From: a bacterium
GTDB lineage: Bacteria > UBP15 > UBA6099 > JAJRTR01
Direction: 5' to 3'
DNA length: 37,166 nucleotides
Assembly (NCBI GenBank): GCA_024278215.1
Contig: JAJRTR010000036.1
Coordinates: 1-37,166, forward strand
The notes beneath the pieces were generated by a model that was not told the origin of the DNA, did not search any database, and saw only the letters and a list, made by a program, of their open reading frames with translations. A program made the translations under genes and the position numbers. Shown here piece by piece: positions 28,859 through 37,166 of the stretch (position 1 is its first letter; every line of letters begins with the position of its first letter).

Positions 28859-28949
28859 ATTTGGAGTGCGACATTTCAATATCGCTTTCATCGCCGGGAA
28901 TCAATTCCCGGATAAAGACAAAGCGGTGATTTATCACCGCACTCCAAAT
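28859..28949. repeat. REP-like inverted-repeat element (TTGGAGTGCG type)
   Basis: ATTTGGAGTGCG / CGCACTCCAAAT ends; internal GCGGTGAT-TT-ATCACCGC and CCGGGAAT-CA-ATTCCCGG hairpins. Confidence 0.65.
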
Positions 28950-28978
28950 CCCATTTTCTTATCGTAGTAGTATTGGAA

Positions 28979-29632
28979 TCAGCCTTTTATCTTATCTGAT
29001 AGTTCCGCAAGATGTTTCATAAGAAGATCGACGCTTGACGATGGGTTGGAATGTTCAGAATTACCATCCCCTTTGTGTTTTTTTCTCAGATTTTCCGATC
29101 TGCGGTGTGCTTCTTCCAACTTACCGCATGTCAGCCCAAAAACCCCTTCCATTCCTTTTTCATAATTTGGTATACACTTCCTTAATTCCTTTAAAACTTT
29201 ATCACGTTCAATATGCGCTGTTTGATCCTGGTAGTGAAGAAGCAGCCACAGTTCGAAAGACGGCAGCGAATACGCAAGTCCGAAATTATTTCCCTTTGCC
29301 TGATCTATCGCTTCGGCAATCCTTTCGTGTTCGTCCCGGTCGAAGACACACCAGACATTTCCCGGGTCGACTTTTTCACCGTCTTTCCGCCCCTTACCTC
29401 TTTCAATCTCTAATTTCTTATCCTGTGCGCTTTTTACGAGTCTCGATGGATCCTGACCCAGCCCGAGTATGGACACGCGAGTAAGGTTGTACTGTCTGCA
29501 ACAATCTGTGAAGTATTTAGCTTCTGTTTTTTCCCCTTCACAGGCTATGATGATAATCGGCTGTGGATTTCTGCTCGACCGCCTTCTCAGGAGAGAATTG
29601 TTGTCTCTTTTTCTCCTCTGAGATCTATTCAT
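28979..29632 (-). CDS. RloB family protein (AbiL-type TOPRIM-like partner)
   Basis: IACEGEKTE..YF, WCVFDRD, SFELWLLLHY, NPSS motifs; overlaps the stop of the ATPase gene. Confidence 0.88.
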   Translation of the reverse strand: MNRSQRRKRDNNSLLRRRSSRNPQPIIIIACEGEKTEAKYFTDCCRQYNLTRVSILGLGQDPSRLVKSAQDKKLEIERGKGRKDGEKVDPGNVWCVFDRDEHERIAEAIDQAKGNNFGLAYSLPSFELWLLLHYQDQTAHIERDKVLKELRKCIPNYEKGMEGVFGLTCGKLEEAHRRSENLRKKHKGDGNSEHSNPSSSVDLLMKHLAELSDKIKG

Positions 29633-30953
29633 TGACACACTCGCTGTCAAATTTTCTCAGAATGGGAATCGCCCCATATTTCCCATCAAGGTACTTTTTA
29701 CTGAAATCTTCGCCTGTCCGGACATCTTTGATATCGCTCAAAGAAAACAGGGAAGTCGCACCGGTTGCGTGATCCTTCTCCGCAAACCATATCTGGTCTC
29801 TCCTGAAAATCTCCGGATCGAGCAGGTTCGTATTATGAGTGGTAAAGATCATCTGACCGCACAAACCGCTTTCCGTTTCTCTCATAAACATATCTCTGAT
29901 AAATTCCTCTGCCAGCAATGGATGCAGTCCCATGTCCATTTCGTCGATTGCAATGACAGAAGATGACCACGCTCCCCTTATTAATAAAAATAACCATAAT
30001 AAAATATATTTTCTGGTTCCATCCGACTCTTCGGATAAATCCAACATCGCTTCACCCGGCACACCATCTTCATTCATTGAGTAATGAGCGAATTTTACCT
30101 TAACAGAATCGTCAAGATTTTTCAGGAACCTCTCTTTTTCAACGACCTCAGCTTTTTCGTCATCCTTCAGTGCGGGTCCTAATTTATCTATTATGTCCGC
30201 CGGATATTTTAAATTAATACTTTTAATGCCAGTGTCCGCCAGTTGCAATTTTGATGCTATCTTTTTCTTGAAATCAGAACCAGGCAATTCATTGATAAAC
30301 ATTACGTTAAGTTTGATGAAGTCATCATATTGAAATTCATTTGACAATATATAACTCTTCATATTACCTGACATAAAATGAAAATATGAAAAGAGAGCAT
30401 TTGCTGTTTTGTTGTCGAATTGTGCTGCTGTGGACAGAAATAAAGCGTTTTTTCTTGTCAGTCCTTCAATTGCCTTTTTTTCGCCTTTAAGGCTTGTCCC
30501 GAATTTTATCGGTTCTCCTGAATATCGTTCGAATAACAGCGCTTCCTTGCCTTTTGGGGCATGATACAACCATTCTTCATGCACTTTTTCCGTGTCAACG
30601 ACAAAACCATATCTGTACCGGACACCTTCGGAAATAAAAATCATTTCAAACTCAGACGGTTTGTTGGCACACGATGCATCTAATTTAAAGGGAACAACAT
30701 TTATTCTGGTCGTGTCGGTGCCGACGTGAGAATTCACAATGAATTTGCACATAAACTCGAGTGCTTTTATCAGATTAGATTTGCCTGAAGCGTTGGCGCC
30801 GTATACGGCAGCGACCTTGAGGAGGTCGATGCCGGTTCCGCCCGCGTCAGCGATCACGTTACGGGGGTGTATTTTGTCCTTTGAGGCCACCATGCTCAGC
30901 ACAACTCTATCTTTAAAAGAAAGGTAATTCTTAACACTGAACTCTATTAACAT
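29625..30953 (-). CDS. RloA/AAA_21 family ABC-type ATPase
   Basis: F.V.NY.SF, Walker A GANASGKS, ESDGT, Walker B IDEMD..LHP, FTTH, RRDQIWF.EK, Y..G.YGAIP. Confidence 0.9.
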   Translation of the reverse strand: MLIEFSVKNYLSFKDRVVLSMVASKDKIHPRNVIADAGGTGIDLLKVAAVYGANASGKSNLIKALEFMCKFIVNSHVGTDTTRINVVPFKLDASCANKPSEFEMIFISEGVRYRYGFVVDTEKVHEEWLYHAPKGKEALLFERYSGEPIKFGTSLKGEKKAIEGLTRKNALFLSTAAQFDNKTANALFSYFHFMSGNMKSYILSNEFQYDDFIKLNVMFINELPGSDFKKKIASKLQLADTGIKSINLKYPADIIDKLGPALKDDEKAEVVEKERFLKNLDDSVKVKFAHYSMNEDGVPGEAMLDLSEESDGTRKYILLWLFLLIRGAWSSSVIAIDEMDMGLHPLLAEEFIRDMFMRETESGLCGQMIFTTHNTNLLDPEIFRRDQIWFAEKDHATGATSLFSLSDIKDVRTGEDFSKKYLDGKYGAIPILRKFDSECVNE

Positions 30954-31199
30954 ATCAGCACACCACCATTCAGTTCACAACTAATCCGGACATAATAATT
31001 ATAAGACTATTTTAAGGATTACATATATAATTAACACAATATTTGCAAAATTACAACAAATCGTGAAGTTATTTTGCATGTCTGCATAATAATCCCCGTG
31101 CTGTTTTTGCGAGAAACCATAGTTGCATGAACGATGATTAGTATGTGCCTATATTTACATGCAGTTAAATACAGGCAAATAGGGGTTAAAGCTTGTAAT

Positions 31200-31271
31200 T
31201 GGGGATAATCTGTGGAAAATGTTAAAAACATTATCCGGGATGTGGAAAAATATGCCCGGAGATGTGGAAAA
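31200..31271 (-). promoter_or_regulatory. Cluster of DnaA-box matches
   Basis: TTTTCCACA on the minus strand at 31211, 31241 and 31263 (fits TTWTNCACA); TTATCCCCA at 31200. Confidence 0.6.
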
Positions 31272-31328
31272 TATCTATATGTAGGGTTTTTTCGAGCTGA
31301 TCGTAAAAAAAAGCACAAAATTTTGTGC
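31272..31328. promoter_or_regulatory. Tandem NrdR boxes
   Basis: TATCTATATGTAGGGT (31272-31287) and the perfect palindrome GCACAAAATTTTGTGC (31313-31328) fit acaCwAtATaTwGtgt; 41 bp apart, upstream of nrdD. Confidence 0.7.
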
Positions 31329-31335
31329 AGGCATC

Positions 31336-31363
31336 TTGACAAATGTCTGGATTCGTATAGAAT
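31336..31363 (+). promoter_or_regulatory. Sigma-70 promoter of the nrdD operon
   Basis: TTGACA-N16-TAGAAT. Confidence 0.65.
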
Positions 31364-31608
31364 GGCAAATGTTACTCAAACACACTTAACTATATCAAAA
31401 ATAGTTTAGATAGCCGGTAATACTATAAAACAACATTTTTACAAACCGGCAAGCCGGGGATAAGGGGCAGTTTGTTTTATTGGATGTGCAGTGCCCGTGG
31501 GGATCATAACCAGAGTTTTGCCCACCACAAGCCCGAATCCTGACATAAAAGAAAAGATACTCGATTATAAACTTCAGTTCATTTCGTTGTTTCACTTTCG
31601 GAGGAATA

Positions 31609-33644
31609 ATGAGCGGTAAAGTTATAAATCTTATAAGGAAGCGTGACGGCAGGCTGCAGGAGTTTAACAAGTCGCGCATCACTGAAGCCATTGCGAAAGC
31701 ATTCGCCGCCGTCGGCGACCCGGACCTGATCAAGGCAAAGGAAGTCACGGACAGAGTCGTGACCGTCCTCAGAATTTTCTATAAGGACAACAAAAACAGA
31801 ATACCGTCTGTCGAGGAGGTGCAGGACCTCGTCGAGTTGAAGATGATCGAAATGCGGTACAGCGAAGCCGCAAAGGCCTACATCCTCTACAGGGACAGGC
31901 GTGCCAAGATGCGCGATGGAAAATCTCTTCTCGACGAAGCGCTGGAACTCGTCGAGTCGTATGTCGGACGCGCCGACTGGCGGGTAAATGAAAACAGCAA
32001 CATGGACTATTCGCTCCAGGGTCTCAACAACTATATTTCCTCGTCGGTGATATCCAAATACTGGCTTGCGGAAATTTATTCGCCGCAGGTGAAAATGGCG
32101 CACGAAGAAGGCTGGTTCCACGTACACGACCTTGGTCTTCTCAGTGTGTATTGCTGCGGATGGGACCTGCAACAGCTGTTGCTGAAAGGTTTCAGGGGCG
32201 CGTTCGGCAAGGTGGCAAGTTCGCCCGCGAAGCATCTGCGCAGCGCGCTCGGACAGATCGTGAACTTTTTCTACACGATGCAGGGCGAAGCGGCCGGCGC
32301 GCAGGCGTTCTCGAACTTCGACACGTTGCTCGCACCGTTCATACGCTATGACGGACTGGATTACAAAGAAGTGAAACAGGCCGTCCAGGGTTTCGTGTTC
32401 AACCTGAATATTGCGACACGTGTCGGATTCCAGACACCGTTCACAAACCTGACGATGGATCTCCAGCCCTGCCCTACCCTGGCCGGTGAGCCGATAATAA
32501 TCGGCGGCGAACGCAGGAACGACGTGACCTATGCCGACTTCCAGCCCGAAATGGACATTCTCAACAAGGCGTTCGCCGACGTGATGATGGAAGGCGACGA
32601 ATCGGGCCGCATTTTCACGTTTCCGATCCCGACCTACAACCTCACCGCTGACTTCGACTGGGACAACCCCAAGCTGGATTCGCTGTGGCGCATGACAGCG
32701 AAATTCGGCATACCCTACTTCGCCAATTTCATCAACAGCGACATGAAGCCGGAAGACGCGCGCAGCATGTGCTGCCGCCTGCGTCTCGACAAGAGGGAGC
32801 TGCTCAAACGCGGCGGCGGCCTGTTCGGCTCGAACCCGCTCACAGGCAGCATCGGCGTCGTGACGATAAATCTACCGCGTCTCGGCTACACGGCGAAAAT
32901 GAAGATGATTTCTTCACCAACCTCGACCGGCTGCTCGACCTGGCACGCGAGAGCCTCGACACCAAGCGCAAAGTGCTCGAAAGCTTCACCGACCACAACC
33001 TGTACCCGTACTCGAAGTACTATCTCGGCGATATGAAAAAAGCGAAAGACTGCTACTGGTCGAATCATTTCTCCACCATCGGCCTCATAGGTATGCACGA
33101 GTGCTGCCTCAACCACATCGGCTCAGGTATCGAAACCGAAGAGGGACGCGAGTTCTCGCTAAGAGTGCTGCGCCACATGCGCGAAAAAGTTTCTTACTAC
33201 CAGGAAACAAGCAAAGAACAGGTGCTGTACAACCTCGAGGCGACACCCGGCGAAGGCACCTCCTACAGTCTCGCGAGGCTGGACAGGAAGCAGTATCCGG
33301 ACATCATCGCGTCGGGCGACGAAGAACCTTACTACACGAATTCGACACAATTGCCGGTGGGCCACACGGACGACATTTTCGAGGCTCTCAACCACCAGGA
33401 ACCGCTCCAGACAAGTTACACCGGCGGCACAGTGTTCCACGGCTTCATCGGCGAACGCATCGAAGACCCGGAAGTGTGCAAGAGGCTGGTGAAAAAGATT
33501 GCTTCCAACTTTACACTTCCTTATTTTACGATTTCACCTACATTTACCATTTGCCCCATTCACGGCTACATACCCGGCGAGCACTTCGAGTGCCCACACG
33601 ACGCCGGGCCGGAAGACGAGCCCGTGAGTGCAGAACAGGCATGA
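31609..33644 (+). CDS. nrdD: Class III (anaerobic) ribonucleotide reductase large subunit with ATP cone; -1 frameshift at about 32898; lacks the glycyl-radical tail
   Basis: ATP cone RKRDG..EF..SRI; HVHDL..YCCGW; SMCCRL finger loop; GSIGVVTINLPR. Continues in the -1 frame (HFSTIG, YNLEATPGE, YYTNS, YTGGT, CPIHGY...CPH). Confidence 0.92.
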
Positions 33645-33883
33645 TCACAGGAAAGGAAATACCATTGTCAAAATGCACAGGAAAGACAGAAGTCTACTCG
33701 AGGATAGTCGGCTATTTCAGGCCGGTGCAGCAGTGGAATAAAGGAAAGCGGCAGGAGTACCATAAAAGGACAATGTTCGATGTCTCGGGCGCGGACAGGT
33801 ATGAGCCGAATGTCTATGAATTCAAGGCGGTGAATGATGCACCATTGCTCGATCAAAGGATTTCAAGGCACGTCGCTAATTGA
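33641..33883 (+). CDS. Stand-alone NrdD glycyl-radical domain protein (80 aa)
   Basis: ATGA overlap with the nrdD stop; TEVYSRIVGYFRPVQQWNKGKRQE motif. Confidence 0.85.
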   Translation: MITGKEIPLSKCTGKTEVYSRIVGYFRPVQQWNKGKRQEYHKRTMFDVSGADRYEPNVYEFKAVNDAPLLDQRISRHVAN

Positions 33884-34643
33884 CTATCCCGGCAGGATAG
33901 CGTCGATAATCTTTACCGGCGGCTGCAACTTCAGATGCCGTTATTGCTATAACACGCAACTTGTATCGGCCACGGCACTGCCCGATCTGGATTACGACGC
34001 TGTAATCGCCGATCTGAAAAAGCGCAAGGGATTCATCGAGGGCGTTGTCGTCACAGGCGGCGAGCCTACGATTCACCCCGGCATTATCGACCTTCTTTAT
34101 GCTGTAAGGCGCATGAAGCTGGACGTCAAGCTCGACACAAACGGCACACACCCCGAGATTCTGGAATGGGTCATCGAAGAGAAACTCGCGCAGTATATCG
34201 CTATGGACTACAAAGCTCCGATCAGCAAGCTGGAAAAGGTCGCAGGCATCCGGGGCGCGGCGCAGAGGGTCGAGGCGTCGGCGCGGCTTCTCATAAAAAA
34301 TGCGGACAGGTACGAGTTCCGAACCACCGTCCACCCGCTGCTCCACGATCTCGACGATCTCGACACTATTGCCAACGAAATAGCCGGTGCCCGCGCTTAC
34401 TATCTGCAACAGTATCATCCATTCAATTCGCTCGACGAAAAACTCATGAAGTCCAATCCGTACAACCCGGATTTCTTCACGACCGCCGCGCGGCGGCTCC
34501 ACTCGAAGTTCCCGGTCTTCGGACTGCGCAACCTGCCCGACTGCGAAGATACAATATGGCGCTCGGAAAATGTTGCTTACCGTGAGACATCGGATTCGGC
34601 CGGGGTTCGAAGCAACAGTGTGCCCTCGACCACAATTCAATGA
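33834..34643 (+). CDS. nrdG: Anaerobic RNR activating radical-SAM enzyme
   Basis: SLIDYPG..A..IFT.GCNFRCRYCYN, TGGEPT, KLDTNG, MDYK, EFRTT. Confidence 0.93.
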   Translation: MMHHCSIKGFQGTSLIDYPGRIASIIFTGGCNFRCRYCYNTQLVSATALPDLDYDAVIADLKKRKGFIEGVVVTGGEPTIHPGIIDLLYAVRRMKLDVKLDTNGTHPEILEWVIEEKLAQYIAMDYKAPISKLEKVAGIRGAAQRVEASARLLIKNADRYEFRTTVHPLLHDLDDLDTIANEIAGARAYYLQQYHPFNSLDEKLMKSNPYNPDFFTTAARRLHSKFPVFGLRNLPDCEDTIWRSENVAYRETSDSAGVRSNSVPSTTIQ

Positions 34644-34805
34644 CATTTGGAGGTGTGCCGCACACAAACCGTTTGTGTGAAATTGCTCTTACAACAACTG
34701 CATAATACACGGAGATTGCTTCGAATATCTTCCCCCCGAATGCGAAGATCGTTTTAAGTTTTGCCTTATAGCAACAGATACAAACGAAGCGGTCTCCTTT
34801 TTTAT

Positions 34806-34864
34806 TGGCGACAACACGTTATCGCGATTTTCCGGATTTCTCTGTGAGAAATCAGTTGTCGCCA
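34806..34864. repeat. Nested inverted repeat between convergent genes
   Basis: TGGCGACAAC / GTTGTCGCCA enclosing GATTTCTC-TGT-GAGAAATC. Confidence 0.55.
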
Positions 34865-34874
34865 TAAAAAGCAT

Positions 34875-36908
34875 CTACAAATACGATGGAATATATCCGA
34901 AATAGCGTCCCATCCAGTACGGCGTGATAACGTCGACACCGGCGAAGTTCCTGCCGTTGCCTGATGAAGGCCATGTGGCGTTTACTCTGTATGGACTGCG
35001 CTGCCACTGGAAATCCGACGGTTTTCTATATTGCACCGGCACAGGCTCGCAAGCCCAGTCTTCATGGCCCGGTACGGTCTCGAACTCGACAGGTTCCGAG
35101 ACAACGAACGGGGCGCGCGGCCCCTGCGGAAACACGATCAGTTCGGAGAGCGCTTCGAAGATTTTGTCCGGCTCGCGGTCGCCCTGCGCTGCGAGATACT
35201 GCCATGTAAAATGCGGGTTCTTCTCTCTTCCGGCGCGCCGCTCTTCGGGTGCCTCACAGCCGTTTTTCATCTCTTTTTTATCTTCCCAGAGATTTCGCAG
35301 CACGGCCCTGTATCTCTCGCGCAGTTTCGGGCGTTTCTCGTTTCGGATCAGGTGAAAGTAATTATTGAACAGCAGGTTGAGGTTAAACCATACGGTATCC
35401 CAATAGCTGTTATACGCTTCGCCGTACACGTAAAGTTTCTTCAGGTGTGATGTGTAGCTTCTCTCGAACGATCTGCCCGGCGCGGGATTCGGCTTGTTCG
35501 ACACAAGATTTTTGTAGCGTTCGCGCCATAGTTTTCTTGTTTTCGCGTCGCGCGCCGCTGTGGCGGCCATGTTGAACCAGTTCAGGACGAGCGCCCCGTT
35601 GAAACCGTTGGGCATCCTTGCCGGGCTCGTGTAAGGATCATAGTTCACGTGTCCTTCCGAATCCTGGATGCCGTAGCCGGACATCACACCGTGCCTGGTG
35701 GGCTTGCCGTCCTTGTCCATGATGTGCATTTTGTTGTCCCATATATGCGCCGCCATCGAGACGATATTTTCAACAGCCGGGTCCACGAGCGCCGGATCGT
35801 CGAACAGGTCGACCACTGTGTCGTTGCCCCACAGAACGCCGGTGAACTGGTCACGGCTGGCTGTGCTGATGAAGCGCCACCCTTTATATTTCCCCTCTTC
35901 CACGAGATAAGAGTTTTCCGCCGGGTTGACTTTTATGTAGGGCGCGTCCCTCCTGCCTTTCCATTCGTCGAATTCATAAGCGCGTGCGATGAGACCCGGT
36001 ACACCGGTGATCTCGCGGAGTTTTGTTGTCGCGTTCAGGGCCTTTTCGAGATTGGCGCGTGCGAAGTCTTCGCCAGTGACAGCATAATAGTAGGCAGCGC
36101 CCGCGAGATATGTACCCGTCCACATCGCCGCGTCGCCATACGAGTGATACGCGCCGTTGGGGTCGATCTCGAGAGTGAGTCCGTAGGGCGAAAAGCGCGC
36201 CTGGTAGTCGCGGTTGTACTCACGCGCTTTTGCTTCGAGCCAACCGGCGCTTCCCGGGTCGGCGGCACTCCTCAGCGCATAGAATTCCTCAGCCTCCGCA
36301 CCGTCCGCATCAGCCGCGCCGATCAGCATCAGCACAATCGTATCCTCATCCGGCTCCGCCGTCAGGGTGCAATCATTCGAGAGGGTCAGCCAGCCCGGCG
36401 CTTCGTCCACAGCAGGCGCCTTCGCTCCGGGTTTCGCAGCACCGCCGTTCCTGAATGTCCGCACCTTACGCAATGTGCAGCGATAGGGCGCGGTGCCGCC
36501 GGTTCCTTCAATTCGCATCTCGGCTTTTTGTCCTTTTTCAGCAATAGGAAGCTCCCTGTACAACAGCCTGACGCCATTGCCGACGACACGGAAAGTCACA
36601 GAACCTTTCACTTCATTTCCGGCGTCATCCACCGCGACAAAATCCGCGCGGCTTTCCTGCACAGCAGTCGGGTATCCTTCTATCACGCCCGCATCTGTAA
36701 GTCTCAGCCCGTAAGGCAGACTTCCCCCCGCTATTCTTACAGAGTAATCGTCTCCAATGCCGTCGACTTCGACCTTCTGCTCATAGTATGAAGTTATTTC
36801 AATAGCATCCGCACCGGGCAAAACAACCTCCTGAGAAGCCACGGAAACAGACGCTGCAAAAAGCATCAGAATCGACAATACAAGCAATTCATAGTGTATT
36901 TTCATCAT
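34875..36908 (-). CDS. Secreted protein with two putative Ig domains and a helical, possibly glycosidase-like, catalytic domain
   Basis: Signal peptide; GSLP.GL.L...G.I.G.PT and GTGGTAPY Ig motifs; GDAAMWTG.YL, SRDQ..G, NPHF, D....YWMGRY. Start taken at ATG 36908. Confidence 0.7.
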   Translation of the reverse strand: MMKIHYELLVLSILMLFAASVSVASQEVVLPGADAIEITSYYEQKVEVDGIGDDYSVRIAGGSLPYGLRLTDAGVIEGYPTAVQESRADFVAVDDAGNEVKGSVTFRVVGNGVRLLYRELPIAEKGQKAEMRIEGTGGTAPYRCTLRKVRTFRNGGAAKPGAKAPAVDEAPGWLTLSNDCTLTAEPDEDTIVLMLIGAADADGAEAEEFYALRSAADPGSAGWLEAKAREYNRDYQARFSPYGLTLEIDPNGAYHSYGDAAMWTGTYLAGAAYYYAVTGEDFARANLEKALNATTKLREITGVPGLIARAYEFDEWKGRRDAPYIKVNPAENSYLVEEGKYKGWRFISTASRDQFTGVLWGNDTVVDLFDDPALVDPAVENIVSMAAHIWDNKMHIMDKDGKPTRHGVMSGYGIQDSEGHVNYDPYTSPARMPNGFNGALVLNWFNMAATAARDAKTRKLWRERYKNLVSNKPNPAPGRSFERSYTSHLKKLYVYGEAYNSYWDTVWFNLNLLFNNYFHLIRNEKRPKLRERYRAVLRNLWEDKKEMKNGCEAPEERRAGREKNPHFTWQYLAAQGDREPDKIFEALSELIVFPQGPRAPFVVSEPVEFETVPGHEDWACEPVPVQYRKPSDFQWQRSPYRVNATWPSSGNGRNFAGVDVITPYWMGRYFGYIPSYL

Positions 36909-37026
36909 AAAAGCCCCAATCCATTTCTGATTGTTTTGCAATTGGCTCTATCAGATTCGTATTGTACCGTCAAAGTGAAACACTTTCCAGTCGGAAACCC
37001 GGAATGAATAAACTCTGAGACATTCA

Positions 37027-37166
37027 GAGCCAATTGCAAAATTATGATTCTGCTGCGGTCGGCTGCTATTGTCCATAGCTGCGTTGTTGGCGCGAAATCG
37101 TCCTCGACGTACTCTACAAGTACGCCTGCGAGGATTTTACACCTCCGCCTTGCTCTGAACAATTTC
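37027..37166. mobile_element. MITE copy 2 (truncated by the window end)
   Basis: 8 substitutions in 140 bp relative to 18624-18763. Confidence 0.9.

Noticed and set aside
28734..28978. Glycine riboswitch upstream of gcvT
   Set aside because: No GGAGA...GAAG...CTCTCAGG pattern on the minus strand; the region is AT-rich plus a REP-like element.
31436..31560. Riboswitch (c-di-GMP-I, cobalamin or SAM) in the nrdD leader
   Set aside because: Only a CAAACC-GGC-AA-GCC-GG hairpin; the GACGCAAA, B12-box and SAM core motifs are absent. An Infernal search is needed to exclude it fully.
33101..33640. N-terminal 180 aa of the 260-aa ORF 33101..33883
   Set aside because: Shadow frame over nrdD; only the part from ATG 33641 has recognisable motifs.
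3520..36948. One 33-kb composite transposon bounded by solo TIRs
   Set aside because: The flanks share no duplication (TTAT vs TATC), there is no transposase, and the cargo is housekeeping genes.

Overview
Bacterial chromosomal window, GC-rich coding sequence with AT-rich intergenic tracts, probably an anaerobe (inferred from the class III RNR; taxonomy cannot be assigned from sequence alone). It opens inside a giant repeat-containing surface fibre gene that ends in an FGE/C-type-lectin-like domain. Next come secreted and envelope genes (GH31, DUF218, Wzc-like kinase), thrC, TRAP permeases, pyk and an ECF sigma/anti-sigma pair. A minus-strand block carries gcvT-gcvH-flavoprotein and an SCP2/FumI-like aminotransferase/esterase lipid cluster, followed by a low-GC RloA/RloB (AbiL-like) defence pair. 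The class III RNR operon has a separately encoded glycyl-radical domain, an internal -1 frameshift, and upstream DnaA-box and NrdR-box matches. Intergenic regions hold at least five kinds of small non-autonomous inverted-repeat element (MITE/REP-like), two with clear target-site duplications and one with a compensatory stem change between copies. No rRNA, tRNA, CRISPR array, transposase or reverse transcriptase was recognised.
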